64,000 nt of DNA from Vitrella brassicaformis CCMP3155. Its lineage: Eukaryota; Protista; Chromerida. The notes beneath the pieces were generated by a model. The model worked only from the letters and a program-made list of their open reading frames with translations. It had not been told where the DNA came from and did not search any database. The DNA lies in contig CDMY01001036.1 in assembly GCA_001179505.1 (NCBI GenBank), positions 1 through 64,000 of the forward strand, in the 5' to 3' direction. Shown in pieces: positions 33,255 to 46,551 of this stretch (its first letter is position 1; every line of letters starts with the position of its first letter). The position numbers and the translations under genes are program-made.

Positions 33255-34692
33255 ATGACGTCAAGAGGCACGCAGACAGACCTCCGTGACGCTCAGACGA
33301 CCGGCACCTCGGTCGCTGACAGTGAGAGCCTCGTCAAGGTATGTTCCCGAGGTGGTGTGACGTCTGAGGTGATTGTGGTTCTGCGGAGCGTGCTGTGCTC
33401 GAGCCCGGTGGTGGAGTACATGCTCAACTCATCGCTGGCCAAGGGGGCGACGCAGACGGTGACCATCAACCACTGCAAAGAGGCGGTGGAGCTGTTCATC
33501 TACCTACTCAACTCCATGAAGCAGGGCGACAAGTGGCTTAAGGTAGGTAGGGACGAGTCACACACGTCACGGTGCTCAAAGGCAAAGAACAAACCACATA
33601 CTTCGTCTGTTTGTTTGTTTGTTTCTTTGTTTGTTTGTTTGTGGGATGGATGGATGGATGGATCAGGCTGCGGTGTCGAGTGTTGTGTGTGAGGATGGTG
33701 GGTTCGAGTTGCCTGAGACCAACCCCCTGTCGGGCCTGGCTCTGCTCGCTATGGCCGAGTACTACCAGGTCGACATGCTCGTCAACACGTGAGCCAATGA
33801 AAGCAAGAAAGATGGACAGATGGACAGATGGCTTTGTGCTGTGTGCAGTCTGCTGTACGAGTTGTTTGCCGCCCCCGATCGCTGGAGCTTCGCTGTGGCG
33901 TGTTTCGTGCTGCGTCTGAAGCCGACGGCCCACACGATGCCCGCGTTCCCCAGCGAGAAGATCATGAGCAAGCTGATGGCCCAGATAGAGGAGGCCACCA
34001 AGCCACACACCGACGTACGCTCGCGTGACGGACATCACAACACATAAATACATCACATTGGTGTGGCGCAGCGTGATGTGTTTTGTTTGTGTGGGTACGT
34101 ATCTCTCTCTCTCTCTCTCTGTGTGTGTGTATGTGTGTGTGTGTGTGTGTTGGTCAGGATGATAGTGATGACGACAGCGACTGGGGCAGCGGCGGGGCGG
34201 GGGCTGCCAACACCACGACCGACACCAACACCACACCCACCTGGAAGCACTACTGCAAACAGCTCCCCTCAGGTCACACACGCAGCACAGCCCGACAGCA
34301 CCAACCGTACACCTCCATATGTGCCCGTGCGTGCGTCTGTGTGAATGGACATATGCACTGTAGATTTCGTCGCTGATTTGTTGGAGTTTGCCGGCAAGAC
34401 CACCCACAGCCTCAAGCAGCAGATCCCCACCCCAGCCGTCGCCGACTCGGAGAGCGACTGGACGGCCCCCCACCACCCCATCACACACCATCCTGCAGGC
34501 AGGCCCAGATATGGGTCGTACCGCCCGTGGGTTACCCCCCCCACGGGGCCGTGGGCTGGCGGCAATGGCGGTTGGGGAAGTGCCTGGGGTGCGGGCGGCA
34601 ATGGCGGTGGGGGGTATGGCTATGGTGGCAGTGCGGCTGCTGGCGGAGGGGGCGGCTGGACGAGACGCAACAGAAGGAACGGCGGACGATAG
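33255..34692 (+). CDS. BTB/POZ protein with Gly/Trp-rich C-terminal tail, 5 exons
   Basis: VLCSSPVVEYMLNSSLAKGATQTVTI...AVELFIYLL and LALLAMAEYYQVDML fit classical BTB. Tail: GPWAGGNGGWGSAWGAGGNGGGGYGYGG...GGWTRR. Confidence 0.7.
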
Positions 34693-35329
34693 ATAAACAC
34701 ATACACATACAGACATACACGACAGACAGCCACACGGGTTCACGGACGTAGCTAGGTGGCTCGGGGCGGGGGTTGAGTGAGCGTCAGATTCATTCTTGTC
34801 TTGCTGGAGAGAGATATCTGTCTTTCTATCTCTCTTGTCTCTCGTTTCGTCTCGCCTATGTATTGTGTGGGTGTGGCGCGTGAGTGCTCTGCTGAGGTAG
34901 CTTTGCGACTGACTGCCTGCCTGCCACCCTCTCCCTCGAGTGTGGCACGGCATGGCATGTCTGCAACGCAACTGATGCATTCACACGCACATAAGCAATG
35001 GCTGACCTGCTCCTTTCCTGTCTGTCTGTCTGACTGTGTGTCTGTCTGTCTGTGTCTGAGAGGAAGACGCGAGGTGAGGCCTTCACTCGCCCCAGAGCCC
35101 GGCCAGCCGTCCATGTGCGAAGGAGGCCGTGTGCGCAGCGATCGATGAGCTTGTCGCGTGTAGGAACATCTCTCTCTCCCCCACGTGTGACGGCTGGTTG
35201 GTGTGCTCGCATTAGCTTACGGATGACCCTCTCTCTGGCTGCCTCTTTCTGCCTGCCTGGATGTTCTCTCTCCGTGCGCATGTGTGGATGGATGGATGGA
35301 CGAGTGGATGTTTTAAGTCGCAAGATCAA

Positions 35330-37975
35330 ATTTTTCTCTCTCTGGCGTATCGACGGCCGCTACTTGGCACACATCGACGATGAAAATGTCGTGAAAATGT
35401 TGTCGAGGTCGGAAAGCTGAGCAACTACATACCTCGCCATTTTCATGGATGGATGGTGAGCTCTGATACAGGTGTGTTCGTGGCGCCCTCGCCAGTTGTA
35501 AACGGAATCGTGGTATGATTGAGGATGGCGGTATTCGTGTGTTTTGAGTCGGATAGAAACGGCGAGGGCTATGCCTCGCCCCTAATGGTGGAGGAACACA
35601 TCGCAAGGCAGTACAACTATCTCAATGCGGTGCGGACTGATGCATCGGAGAGAGATCTCAATGCATATCGGATTCACCGTCGTATGTACTTTGTGCCTTT
35701 CTCTTTCTCTCCTGCAGTTGCTTGACCGTCCTTTGGACCATGATCACGGCACTTCGTCGCGGGAGGACGACAGCAACGACAGCCTGGGAAGCCTCCACGA
35801 CAGGGCGATGACGGTCACAGTCAGACGGCAGGTGGTGAGCCGCGACATTGCCACGGTGGTGCTGCAGCAGCCCCCCGCCATCGTTAAGGCCATGACCAAG
35901 GCCAATACCCTCGATGCGCTGGTCGCCATAGATTTCCTGGATCTGGAGGAAGCCAAGAGGGAGGGCCTCCTCAAGGCCATAGCACGGAAGGCAACAAAGA
36001 TAGCAGACATGGACGAAACCATACGACTGACATCATCTTGTGTGTTGTCTCGTGCTTCAGGTGGTGCGCTGTCGCTGGTGTGAGGACCACCGCTTCGCCG
36101 CTGCACTGCTCGAGAGCATCCATCCCTACACGCTCATCGCCCGCCTCGTCAGCGACCACACCGAGCTGGTGGCTCATCTCGCCCCCTCGCTGCTCCGCGC
36201 ACCGCATGTCGTCAAGAGGCAGTGGGCGCGTGCGTCCGATGCCGTCGAGGCTAACGACACGGCCATGGAGTGTGTGGCGGGGCTGGTTGACGAGCTGACT
36301 CGGCAACTGGGTGGGGGGACTCTGGACGCGAGCAAGGAGGAGCTCGTCGCCTTCCTCACCAACACAACGGGCGCAGCCACGATTGAGAAGGCTGTAGGTA
36401 GGTGAGGTGAAGGATTATGGAATTGGAGGCTGGTGTTGGTTTGATGGTACAGTACTGCTCCCTGCCTGTGTGTGTGTGTTTGATCAGATGACGTGTTTGC
36501 GGATGGCGTGTTCGGTGTGCGTCCTGGAAGGTTCACGGACCATTCCTTCACCGATGAGGAAGGCCCCGTGGCCATCATCTACTGCCAGGAGGGCGGCCTC
36601 AGGATCGAGGCTGCGGCGCTGATCGACAGGGAAGATCAGGAGGAGGGGTATAACATCTATGAGCCTGTGGACATTCTCGACGGTGAAGCCCCCGGCATCG
36701 ACTCAGAGCTCAGGGGTGATGCATCCATTCATCCATCCATCCATCCATCTATCCCTGCATATCTGGGCGGCTGTGCACTTAGATGTGGGTTCCTGGTGGG
36801 TGAGTGCCCGCGCGCAGAGCGACATGCGGCCGCGATGCTACTTCATTGAGGCCACTTTCCAGGTCCGCCACGCCGCCGTAGCTGACGAACCCGAGGAGGA
36901 GGAATGCAAGGGCCAGTCGGCTGACCGCTGCGTCGTCCCCCCGCCCACGACCCTTCACAAGCGCGAGGGCATCGCCATCGAAACTCGCGGCGAGAATGAC
37001 CTCGCCACGTTCGGTGTGGCCCTCCTCGGCGCGAACCTGGGCATGGCATTCTGCGCTCACAATCTCACGCCAGAGCAGCTGACGGCCAATGGCGTGGACG
37101 ACAAGCAGGTGCGTGTGTGTGTGTGTGTGTATGTGTGTCTGTGTCGTCTCTACTGCGTGTCGTCTGTCGTCTGACCTGCAGGTGCGCGACGTGACGGTGA
37201 GCATTCGAGTGACGTCTTACCCGCTGTGCGACATGGCCCTCATGTACCTGGAGAAGTGCATAGTCGGCAGGACCTGGCGGGACGTTGCGGACCTGGCAAG
37301 GTCAGACAGACAGGGAGGGAGCAGACAGACAGACAGCAAGATGGTCCGAATCTTTCTCATGAGCATGCTCTGTGTGTGTCAATGTGCAGGCATCTGCCCC
37401 GCGGCGTGAGTGAGCACCTCATGCTGCACCTGAGCGGCATTACCCTCCAACCGTACGCCGTCATGTCCCACTGGCTGGCCTCTCTCGAGCCCACGCGGCT
37501 CGATGCCTGGACCATCAGCAAGGTCGCCGACAAGATGCTCGTGACACAGAAGATGCAGCAGAGCATCGCCGACCTGCCGCCCTTCATCATGGCCGTCACG
37601 CCACATCTGGACCAGCAACAGACCATCGTACTGAAAGAACGATTCAAAGAGGTCAGCTTGCCTGAAGACAACAGGCTTGCTTTGTGTCTCGGTTCGCAAT
37701 TGGTCTGTTCTCCATTCATTCAGAGCATCTGTGGCCCCGCCCCCGGCCCTGCCCCGCCGGGGATGGGCTTTCACCCCCACCACGAATTGCAGTGGCGCTT
37801 GGAGTACCTCTTCAATGCCTTCACGAGACGCGACGCCCTCATGCTCACACACAGCAGACCGCCGCACGGCAGGAGTGGCAGCGAGGCGTCTGAGGTGCTG
37901 GCAGACGAACGGGGCGGGGGCAACGTGTGTGTCTGTGGGGTGGGTGAGTTTGGCTCAGCGGGGGCTTTAGAATGA
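35330..37975 (+). CDS. Multi-exon hypothetical protein (about 600+ aa); 5' exons unresolved
   Basis: A series of coding-like exons join in frame from LLDRPLDHD (about 35718) to the stop at 37975. No family recognised. Confidence 0.6.
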
Positions 37976-39332
37976 CTAACTCAGTGGTGGGTGGGATGTG
38001 ATCGTAGGACGGATTTCTTCTCTCTGTGAGTGAATGGCCACACCACACATATCGATTCAACTCGGTCCGAGTCACGTGCACACACCAAATCGTCTGCACA
38101 CACAAGGTGTCCGTCAGCCAGACTCCCATACACACATATACACTCACTGCTGCCCCTGATCACCTTCATCCTCGTCTGCCACCTCTTGCTCCTCAACAAC
38201 CACCCCGTAGCAGTGCAGGGCCGTGCTGGCAGCCCACACCTCCCTCCCCACCCACACACAACACCCGTATCGCACATCGTCCCAGTCGCTCGCACGGCGC
38301 ACAGCAGCTACCTCGTTTCTGAGCAAGTCCCACGCCATCATCCCACCACCGTCTGTGCACACAGCCACGCCCTTCTCCGCCCAATTCGCCCGCAGCCGCA
38401 AGACAGGGACGCCACAGGTCTGCTGGCTGATGAGGGGGGACCTGTGGTGTCGAAGGTCGACGTGGGAGAGGTGGCCCTCGAGTGTGGCGGATATGTATGA
38501 GGGCGGCTGGTGGGTGGGTGAGGCGTCGATCGACGTGTACGATGGCGGGATGGCCTGGCGTGTGGGGGAGAGGAGGGTCGTGGGGGTGGGCGACCGGAGG
38601 TCGTACAGGTGGACGCTGCCGTCAGACGAAGACGCCACAAACACCTGCAGGCACCAGCAGTGGAAGGAAATGAGACGACTGTCCTTCCCTTTGATTGATG
38701 GTCATTGTGTTCATTATGTCATCTTACCTGCGCCGCACAGAATGCCATGTCCGTCGGGATGGCCCTCGGCCCGCCATACGGATGCAGCAGCCTGGGAGAT
38801 CCGCCTGTTGCCAACTCATACAAACCAACCTGACACCCATGTGACGTGTCAGTCAACAGACAGATCGATTACATACATCTCCACACACAAGCATTGCATC
38901 CTCCTGGTTGTGCTGTGTCAGTCATCTCACTCACCTGCGCCTGTCCCCCAACGACCGTCTCAGCTGAGATGAACCTGTCGTCATTGTCTGGCGGGAAGGA
39001 CACACACGAGATCAGCTCCAGCTGCTGCTGTTGTTGCTGATACTGCCGTGGCGACCGCGACGTCGTCTCCTCAAAGCCGCTGTGGATGACGGCAAAGGTC
39101 GAGCTACTGCTGTCGGTGTCGGTGTCGGCGTCATGTTTGCGCGAGAGGAGCAGATGGGCGGCGATGCACGCCTCAGGGTCAACCACACCCACCACTAAAT
39201 GGTCGGATGAACGAGCTGCACACACACAGACAGACAGACAGACAGACAGACACAGGCAGACAGAGAGGAAGGATGTCATTCGGCACGAGAGCTGTCTGGG
39301 TGTGAGAGGGCCTTTCGGTGACCTGCATTTTG
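37973..39332 (-). repeat. Partial tandem duplicate of the last three exons of the WD40 gene (partner 40272-41604)
   Basis: Near-identical exons and introns at an offset of about 2.28 kb. Similarity ends at gacctgcattttg (39332/41604). All three duplicated exons keep open frames; stop at 38144. Confidence 0.92.
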
Positions 39333-39747
39333 AGTGTCTGTGTGTCTGTGCAGGAAAGGTGCAGGCCAGAAGCTGAGCGCGTGTGTGTGAGATGAGTTGA
39401 CTTTGGGACATCAGATCTTACCAAGCATCTGGAGGGAGGACGTGTGTGTGGGTCGCGCGGCTTCTGATGGAAACCAAGTTGGGGTAGCCACCCTGGGAAA
39501 GTGCTTTGTAGAACACATGGGGGTCTCTCCAAAAAGCAATCAAATCTCCCTTGAAATGGCACAAAAAGTGTGCTAGAACGCATCACAGCGTGTCCTGGTC
39601 GTGGAGAATGGGCAGCATCTTCCTGAAGACAGGCAGACACAAACAGAGAGAGATCTCAGCTGGGAAGCCTTCTGGCTGCTTCTCGCTTCGTGTGAGGACT
39701 TTCTGTGTTTGCGCCTCTCTGGTGCCTTTGTGGCCGTCGCAGCCTGC

Positions 39748-39859
39748 AAACCCTATACCCCAAACCCTAATGCTTTCGCTTTTGGAGGCTTTTTCCCATT
39801 GCAGGGGGGCCGGGAGGCGGCCACCGTGCTCATCTAAACCCTAATTATGCGTAGGGTTT
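39748..39859. promoter_or_regulatory. Cluster of four telo-box-like motifs, two forming a perfect inverted repeat
   Basis: AAACCCTA at 39748, 39762 and 39836; TAGGGTTT at 39852 (AAACCCTA-attatgcg-TAGGGTTT). Confidence 0.45.
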
Positions 39860-40427
39860 GCGTCTTTGATGAATGCGCGTGTGCAGGAGGGCGCAGCGGA
39901 CAGGCAGACACATTCACACACAGGCTCAGCTCATGTCAATCAACAGGGGATCAGGTCCACATGCAGAGAGGGAGGGGGGAGGCCTGTGTGTGTGTGTGTG
40001 TGTGTGCGTGTGTGTGTGTGTGCGTGTGCGCGTGCGTGTGTGTGTGAGGGTGGGTGTGCGCTCTGGCAGGCAGCGCTCTGCAGCTGACTGAGCCACTCGG
40101 TTGGCTTGACGCCCTCGCCCCATCAATTCCATCCACTTCATTGCTCTACTCCAGTTGCCCGTCCTGTCTGTCTGTCTGTCTGTCTGCTCTCTGCGTGTGT
40201 GTGTGCCCGCCTCGAGGCCTTCATGTGTGTGTCTGTGTGTGTGTCTGTGTGTGTGTCTGTGTGTGTGTGTGATGACTAACTCAGTGGTGAGTGGGATGCT
40301 TTCTTTCTCTCTGTAAGTGAATGGCCACACCACACATATCGATTCAGCTCGGTCCGAGTCACCCACCGCGCACACACGCACAAGGTGTCCGTCAGCTAGA
40401 CTCCCATACACACATACACAGATACAC

Positions 40428-43040
40428 TCACTGCTGCCCCTGATCACCTTCATCCTCGTCTGCCACCTCTTGCTCCTCAACAACCACCCCGTAGCAGTGC
40501 AGGGCCGTGCTGGCAGCCCACACCTCCCTCCCCACCCACACACAACACCCGTACCGCACATCGTCCCAGTCGCTCGCACGGCGCACAGCAGCTACCTCGT
40601 TTCTGAGCAAGTCCCACGCCATCATCCCACCACCGTCTGTGCACACAGCCACGCCCTTCTCCGCCCAATTCGCCCGCAGCCGCAAGACAGGGACGCCACA
40701 GGTCTGCTGGCTGATGAGGGGGGACCTGTGGTGTCGAAGGTCGACGTGGGAGAGGTGGCCCTCGAGTGTGGCGGATATGTATGAGGGCGGCTGGTGGGTG
40801 GGTGAGGCGTCGATCGACGTGTACGATGGCGGGATGGCCTGGCGTGTGGGGGAGAGGAGGGTCGTGGGGGTGGGCGACCGGAGGTCGTACAGGTGGACGC
40901 TGCCGTCAGACGAAGACGCCACAAACACCTGCAGGCACCAGCAGTGGAAGGAAATGAGACGACTGTCCTTCCCTTTGATTGATGGTCATTATGTTCATTG
41001 TGTCATCTTACCTGCGCCGCACAGAATGCCATGTCCGTCGGGATGGCTCTCGGCCCGCCATACGGATGCAGCAGCCTGGGACATCCGCCTGTTGCCAACT
41101 CATACAAACCAACCTGACACCCATGTGACGTGTCAATCAACAGACAGATCGATTACATACATCTCCACACACAAGCATTGCATCTTCCTGGTTGTGTTGT
41201 GTCAGTCATCTCACTCACCTGCGCCTGTCCCCCAACAGTCGTCTCAGCTGAGATGAACCTGTCGCTATTGTGCGGCGGGAAGGACACACACGAGATCAGC
41301 TCCAGCTGCTGCTGTTGTTGCTGATACTGCCGTGGCGACCGCGACGTCGTCTCCTCAAAGCCGCTGTGGATGACGGCAAAGGTCGAGCTACTGCTGTCCG
41401 TGTCGGTGTCGGCGTCATGTTTGCGCGAGAGTAGCAGATGGGAGGCGATGCACGCCTCAGGGTCAACCACACCCACCACTAAATGGTCGGATGAACGACC
41501 TGCACACACACAGACAGACAGACAGACAGGCAGGCAGACAGAGAGGAAGGATGTCATTCGGCACGAGAGCTGTCTGGGTGTGAGCCTTTCGGTGACCTGC
41601 ATTTTGGCTGGGTGAGGCGGCAACAGCGACGGCTTTGGGCTCCCTCAGCCCGCTGGCCGTGATGTGGATTGTCGACCGCACATGGGCGTTTCTCACATCG
41701 ACGTGCTGCAGGCTGCCGTCGCCATACGCCAACACCAACTCATCCAATGCCTGCAGCATGAGAATGGACAAACCAAACCAAACCAAGTCGGATCGGACAA
41801 CACTTCATGTGCATGCATCACACAGCCTGGATCGGATCCTCGTTGCTTGCCCACCTCTGCTGTGGTATCATCGTCCACTCCCCTGGCCACGCACGCCATC
41901 GACAGGATGGGCTTGGGCTCGCCGTCCTCTCCCTCAGACACGTGGAGCGCCTCGCGAGGGTGGATCATGAAACGATGCGATCGATAGGTGGACAGCCCCT
42001 CCTCCCGCTCGTAGGCCATGGCGCTCTCCTCCCTCCTCGTCTCCATGTGGGGGTGGTGCTCCAACGCCGGCACCACCAGCGGACCAGCACCGCCATACGC
42101 GTCATACACAGGGGCATCGAACAAGGCCTCATCCACCTCCCCCTCTCTGTCTCCCTCGTCATCGTTTTCTCCCTCTCCCTCTCCCTGGCTCTCCAGCTGT
42201 CGTCGATACTCGATTGCATGCGGGTAGAGCGTCCTGTGCAGCAGGGGATAGGCGTGGAATACCCACTGCTGGTGGGGCGAAGAGATGAAGGCCATCAAGA
42301 AGGGGAAGTTGATGAACTCGCGGACACATTGCGCGAGGGAGGGCATGGCGTCGAAGATTGAGTTGAGCAGGTGGGCAAGGTGGGGCGAGAGGGGGGTGGG
42401 GAGGTGGGGTGAATCGGGCAGCAACGCCTCAATCACAGCTAGACAGCCTGGGCAGACCATACAGGGAGATGAGAATCAGACACCCACACATCCTACCTGC
42501 CTGCCTGCCTGCCTGCCCATCCTTGTCACCTCTCAAGTCGAACAGCCTCCATCTCAGCATCAGCGCCGCTATCTTTCCAAGCCGCACATCGACAGCGGCC
42601 GCACCACCAGTCGCCCTCTCCGCCAACTGCACCGCCAGCCCCTCAGCAACGCCGCCCCGCAGCCCCTCCCTCACCGACGCGTCCGCCATACTCATAACCT
42701 CCCCGAACAGATCAATTTGCTCACTGCTGACCGAGCCCTCGTCCATCAGCAAAGAAAAGACCGAACACGACGCCTCTGCAATGTCATCAGCTGAGGCGCC
42801 ACTGGTCCGAAGGACGTTTCTCAGCCTGCTGGTCGCCCTGGACACATCGTTTGGGCCTCTGAGGGAACGAAATACGTCGACGATGGGATGAGAAGAGGCC
42901 GGGGATAGCATGCGGGCGCTACGGCTCGTCGGAACGGCTCTCTGGAGGAATGACTGTGCCTCATCTGGATCATCGGCATCGATTGTCACCCTCATCGGTG
43001 GACAGGATGAGCTCCTCTGCACCACCAGCGGTGGATCCAT
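40428..43040 (-). CDS. WD40-repeat protein with helical N-terminal region and acidic linker
   Basis: MDPPLVVQ... exons lead to ELVLAYGDGSLQHVDVR, VGLYELATG, VFVASSSDGSVHLYDLRSP and GGMMAWDL (WD40-like SxDG...xD-R signatures). Confidence 0.65.
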
Positions 43041-43234
43041 GCTATTTCCCCTCTCTTTTCTGCGCGCTGCAGCGGTTTCAGGAGCTGAGAAAAGCGAGCT
43101 CAACCCTTCTGGAGTGTTGGCAGTTTCGACGTTTCATCGCAGATCTTGCCCTCAGCGTGGCTCATACAAGCGCACTGAATCGCAATTGGCTCGTATCAAT
43201 GACCTCAAGGTGACCTTTCGTCCCGTGCGCATCG

Positions 43235-45766
43235 ATGGCGTATCGGTCTGGCGGCCGGCGAGGCGGCCGAGGGCGAGGGGGAGGCGACTTCTATCGCGGG
43301 AGGGGCCGTGGCGGCGGATACCAACAGGACGGCTACTATCAGGATGGGTATGATGACCCACAATATCAGCATCACCAGCCGCCGGTGCTGCAGCCGGCGA
43401 GGGGCGGGAGGGGCGGCCAGTCGTACTACAATGGGCGTGGCGGTGCGTACGAGCCGTTCGGTCGGGGAGGGAGGGGCGGCAAGAGGAATGCGGGTGACAC
43501 CGATGGGATGGCAGACCATGGAGGCGGGCCGAGGAGGCGGGGAGGGCAGGGGGGCGGCAACCCACTTGTCTACTGCAGACACTTCATGGACGGTAGGGAT
43601 GCAAGACAGACAGACAGACAGACACACAGATAGATTGGTGTGAGCGAATGGATTGGATGGTGTGTTTGTGTCCGTGTGGCTGCAGGCACTTGTCAGGCAC
43701 GTTCGTCTCCGTGCGGGTAAGAACGAACATCTGTCCCACTGAGTCTGTATCTCCAACTTGTGTGTGTGTTTGCCTGCCCGTGTAGTTTTAAGCACGGGCT
43801 GTTGAGGCTAGGCGGCATGCCCAAGGCGCATAGCAACGGTCGGTGAGAGAGAACCACTAACATGGCAATCACGGCACAGGAGGGACAGAGAGATGACGGA
43901 GATGATTGCATTCTCTTGCCTGCTTGTGTTTAGGCATCGACGCCATGTTGATTCAAGAGAACCCTGAGGACAGCACCAAGCCGATCCTCTGGACAGGGTC
44001 GAGAGACGGCAAACTCAAGGTGCAATGACCGACCGACCGACTGACTGACTGACCGATCCTTTGCCCACACGGCAAAGCATGGCATCCCTCCATCTGTGTG
44101 CTTGCTGTCTGTGTGTCTGACTGTCTGTCTGTGTGTGTGTGTGCAGATGTGGGAGATGGTTGAGCAGGACGGCAGCCGGCTGCAGTTCAGGGAGAAGCAG
44201 GACACCAACATGCAGGGCTGCAACGTCACGTCGCTGCTCTACGCCGGAGATGGGTACACACACTCACACACATGGCTGGCTGGGCGACGTGACCATATCC
44301 TTCATCCCTCCATGCTCACGTGTGTTTGGGTGGTCAGTGTGTTTGTGGGTCAGTCCAACGGCGTGATCACCTGCTTTCGACTCAACGGGCAGACCTTCAC
44401 ACTCACTGTAGGCAGACAGACACACGGACGTGACGTGCGCTTGATGCTGTGATCACATCCACGTACGTGTATGTGTGTGTCAGGGTCACACGGCGCCTGT
44501 CTACGCCCTGCTGATGCTCGATGACGTCCTCATATCGGGGTCATGGGACGGTACGCAACCGTCGCATAGCCGAACCGCCCGCATCACCATCCGACCGCAC
44601 TCAGATCACACCTGATTGATGGATGCATCTCCTTCTCTGTCTGTCTTTGTGTCTGTCCAGCCACGGTTCGGTTTTGGAAGTTCGATGCCGCCTCACAGCA
44701 GTTCGGCTGTGTCCAGTCAGTGCCGGTGGGCGCACGATGCACATGTAGACACACAGAGGGCAGCGCGCCTTTGCTATCGATGCCATGCCCCATCTCTCTC
44801 TCTCCGTGTTGGTGCCTATGTTGTGTGCAGGTGTGCAGCGGTGTCAAGGCCATCGCAAACCACACAACACAGTAATCACAAAACGGTCGATTGACCCGAA
44901 TGGCAGTGGGTGCGAAGCCCTCACGTGTCGGTCTCTGCGTGTGTGCGCAGGCTGTGGGTTGCGACCATCGAGAAGATCCAAGTGCTGGATCTCTCCAACA
45001 ACGGCACCATCGGCGCTGGATTCGACGTCCCCAAAGTCATGGTACGCCAGCAAACAGACACACAGAGTACATCTGGCGGTGTGTGCGTGCGTGTGTGTGT
45101 GCGTGCGTGTGTGTGTGTAGGATTTGCTCCTGTACAGCGGTCCGAGTGGGAGTTTCATGCTGGCGGTGACCCTGAGCGGCCACATCAAGGCCTTCAACCT
45201 CCAGACGGGCGCGGAGGAATACGACCAACAACACTCAGGACCCCAGCAGAAGATCATGAAACTCGCCGGTACGTACCTGCCCTGCCAAGCCACACACACA
45301 TACAGAGAGACATCATAGCACCAGTGGATGTGTGTGTGTGGGTCAGGTCTGAAGGATCCGTCCGACGGTCAGGATCTGCTGCTGTTCGCCAAGGACAACG
45401 GGTGGATCACGGCGCTCGAACTGCCCACCATGAACGGTATCAGCCCCCCATCCCCCATCCCACACACCCCCAAATGGAATCCTGTCTTACCATTGTGTGT
45501 GTGTGATGGCGATCTGATCAGAGCGTGGGAGTTTTCGGGCGCACAATGAGGTTGAGGTCCGTTCGATGGTCTCCATACCAGCACTTGGGCTCCTCTTCAC
45601 CGCCGGCATGGACGGTAGGTACAGACACGAAGGACCAACACGGTCACACCACCGCAGACGAGGGACTAAACGGTGCTTTTGGTTCTTTTCAGGTTCCGTC
45701 GCTGCCTGGAAGTTCGTGCCGGGTGGGACACCTCCTTGCAAGGCAGGTGGTGCCCCAGCCTGGTGA
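43235..45766 (+). CDS. RGG-box + CCCH zinc finger + WD40 protein (ZFWD-like), many short exons
   Basis: RGG/GRG-rich N-terminus and spliced CRHFMDGTCQARSSPCGFKH (C-x7-C-x6-C-x3-H). WD repeats: LWTGSRDGKLKMWE, GHTAPVYAL...LISGSWD.TVRFW and LFTAGMDGSVAAWKF. Confidence 0.8.
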
Positions 45767-46551
45767 TGGCATTGCCGACCATCCCAGCCGTCGGTGCTCC
45801 TTGCTGCTAGCCTCACCCCTCTGTCTGTCTGTCTCTGCTGCTTCGCTCGCTCGCTCGCTCGCTCGCTCGACCGCTGCCCGGAGCCTTGCCCCACTCGTGT
45901 CGATACGCCAATGAGGCCATCCATCCATCCATCTACACCTCTCTCTCTACACACACACAGCTGCTGTTTTGCTGACAGACTGGGGTGGGACGGGATGTGG
46001 CGGCCTGCGTACGCTTGTGTGTCAGAGAGGGGAGGGGCCGGTTTTCCTTCCAATCGGTGGATGGATCAATTCATGTGGTGGGTGAATCTTGATCTTGCTC
46101 GGCCGGACTGGTGGGACAGCTACCCGCCCAGCCGTGTGTGTGTGTGTGTGTGTCGGTGTGACGGCATGAGAGGACTCGACACAGGCTGGATGACATCAAT
46201 CAATTGACGTGTATATGTGTGTATGAAGAACCGTCTGGCATTGGCCCTCTCCCTCCCCTGTGTGATCGATCCCCCCGTTGTGTTGTCGTCTCTGGATAAA
46301 GAAAGCTCTCTGGGTGTGGTGTGGCGTGTGAGGCCGACAATCCAATCAGCTTTCTTTCACTCATAATAGGCGTGGCCAGTCCATCTTTTTGACGCAGATA
46401 GATGAATGTGTGTTGAGCTCGTGCGCAAAGAAGGGAGCATTCGACACGCAATTGAGACATCTAGAATGTCAGTACGCGGTCCATGCAGTCTACCCCGCCC
46501 GCATCAGCCACGCATGAGAGCGTGCATCCATCGTGACACCTGTCCTCTGTG

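Noticed and set aside
19180-33710. tRNA T-loop-like GGTTCGA strings (about 19182 and 33700)
   Set aside because: Both lie inside coding exons, with no cloverleaf or A-box.
39748-39859. Interstitial telomere or chromosome-fusion scar
   Set aside because: The units are isolated rather than a tandem array, so they are treated as telo-box motifs.
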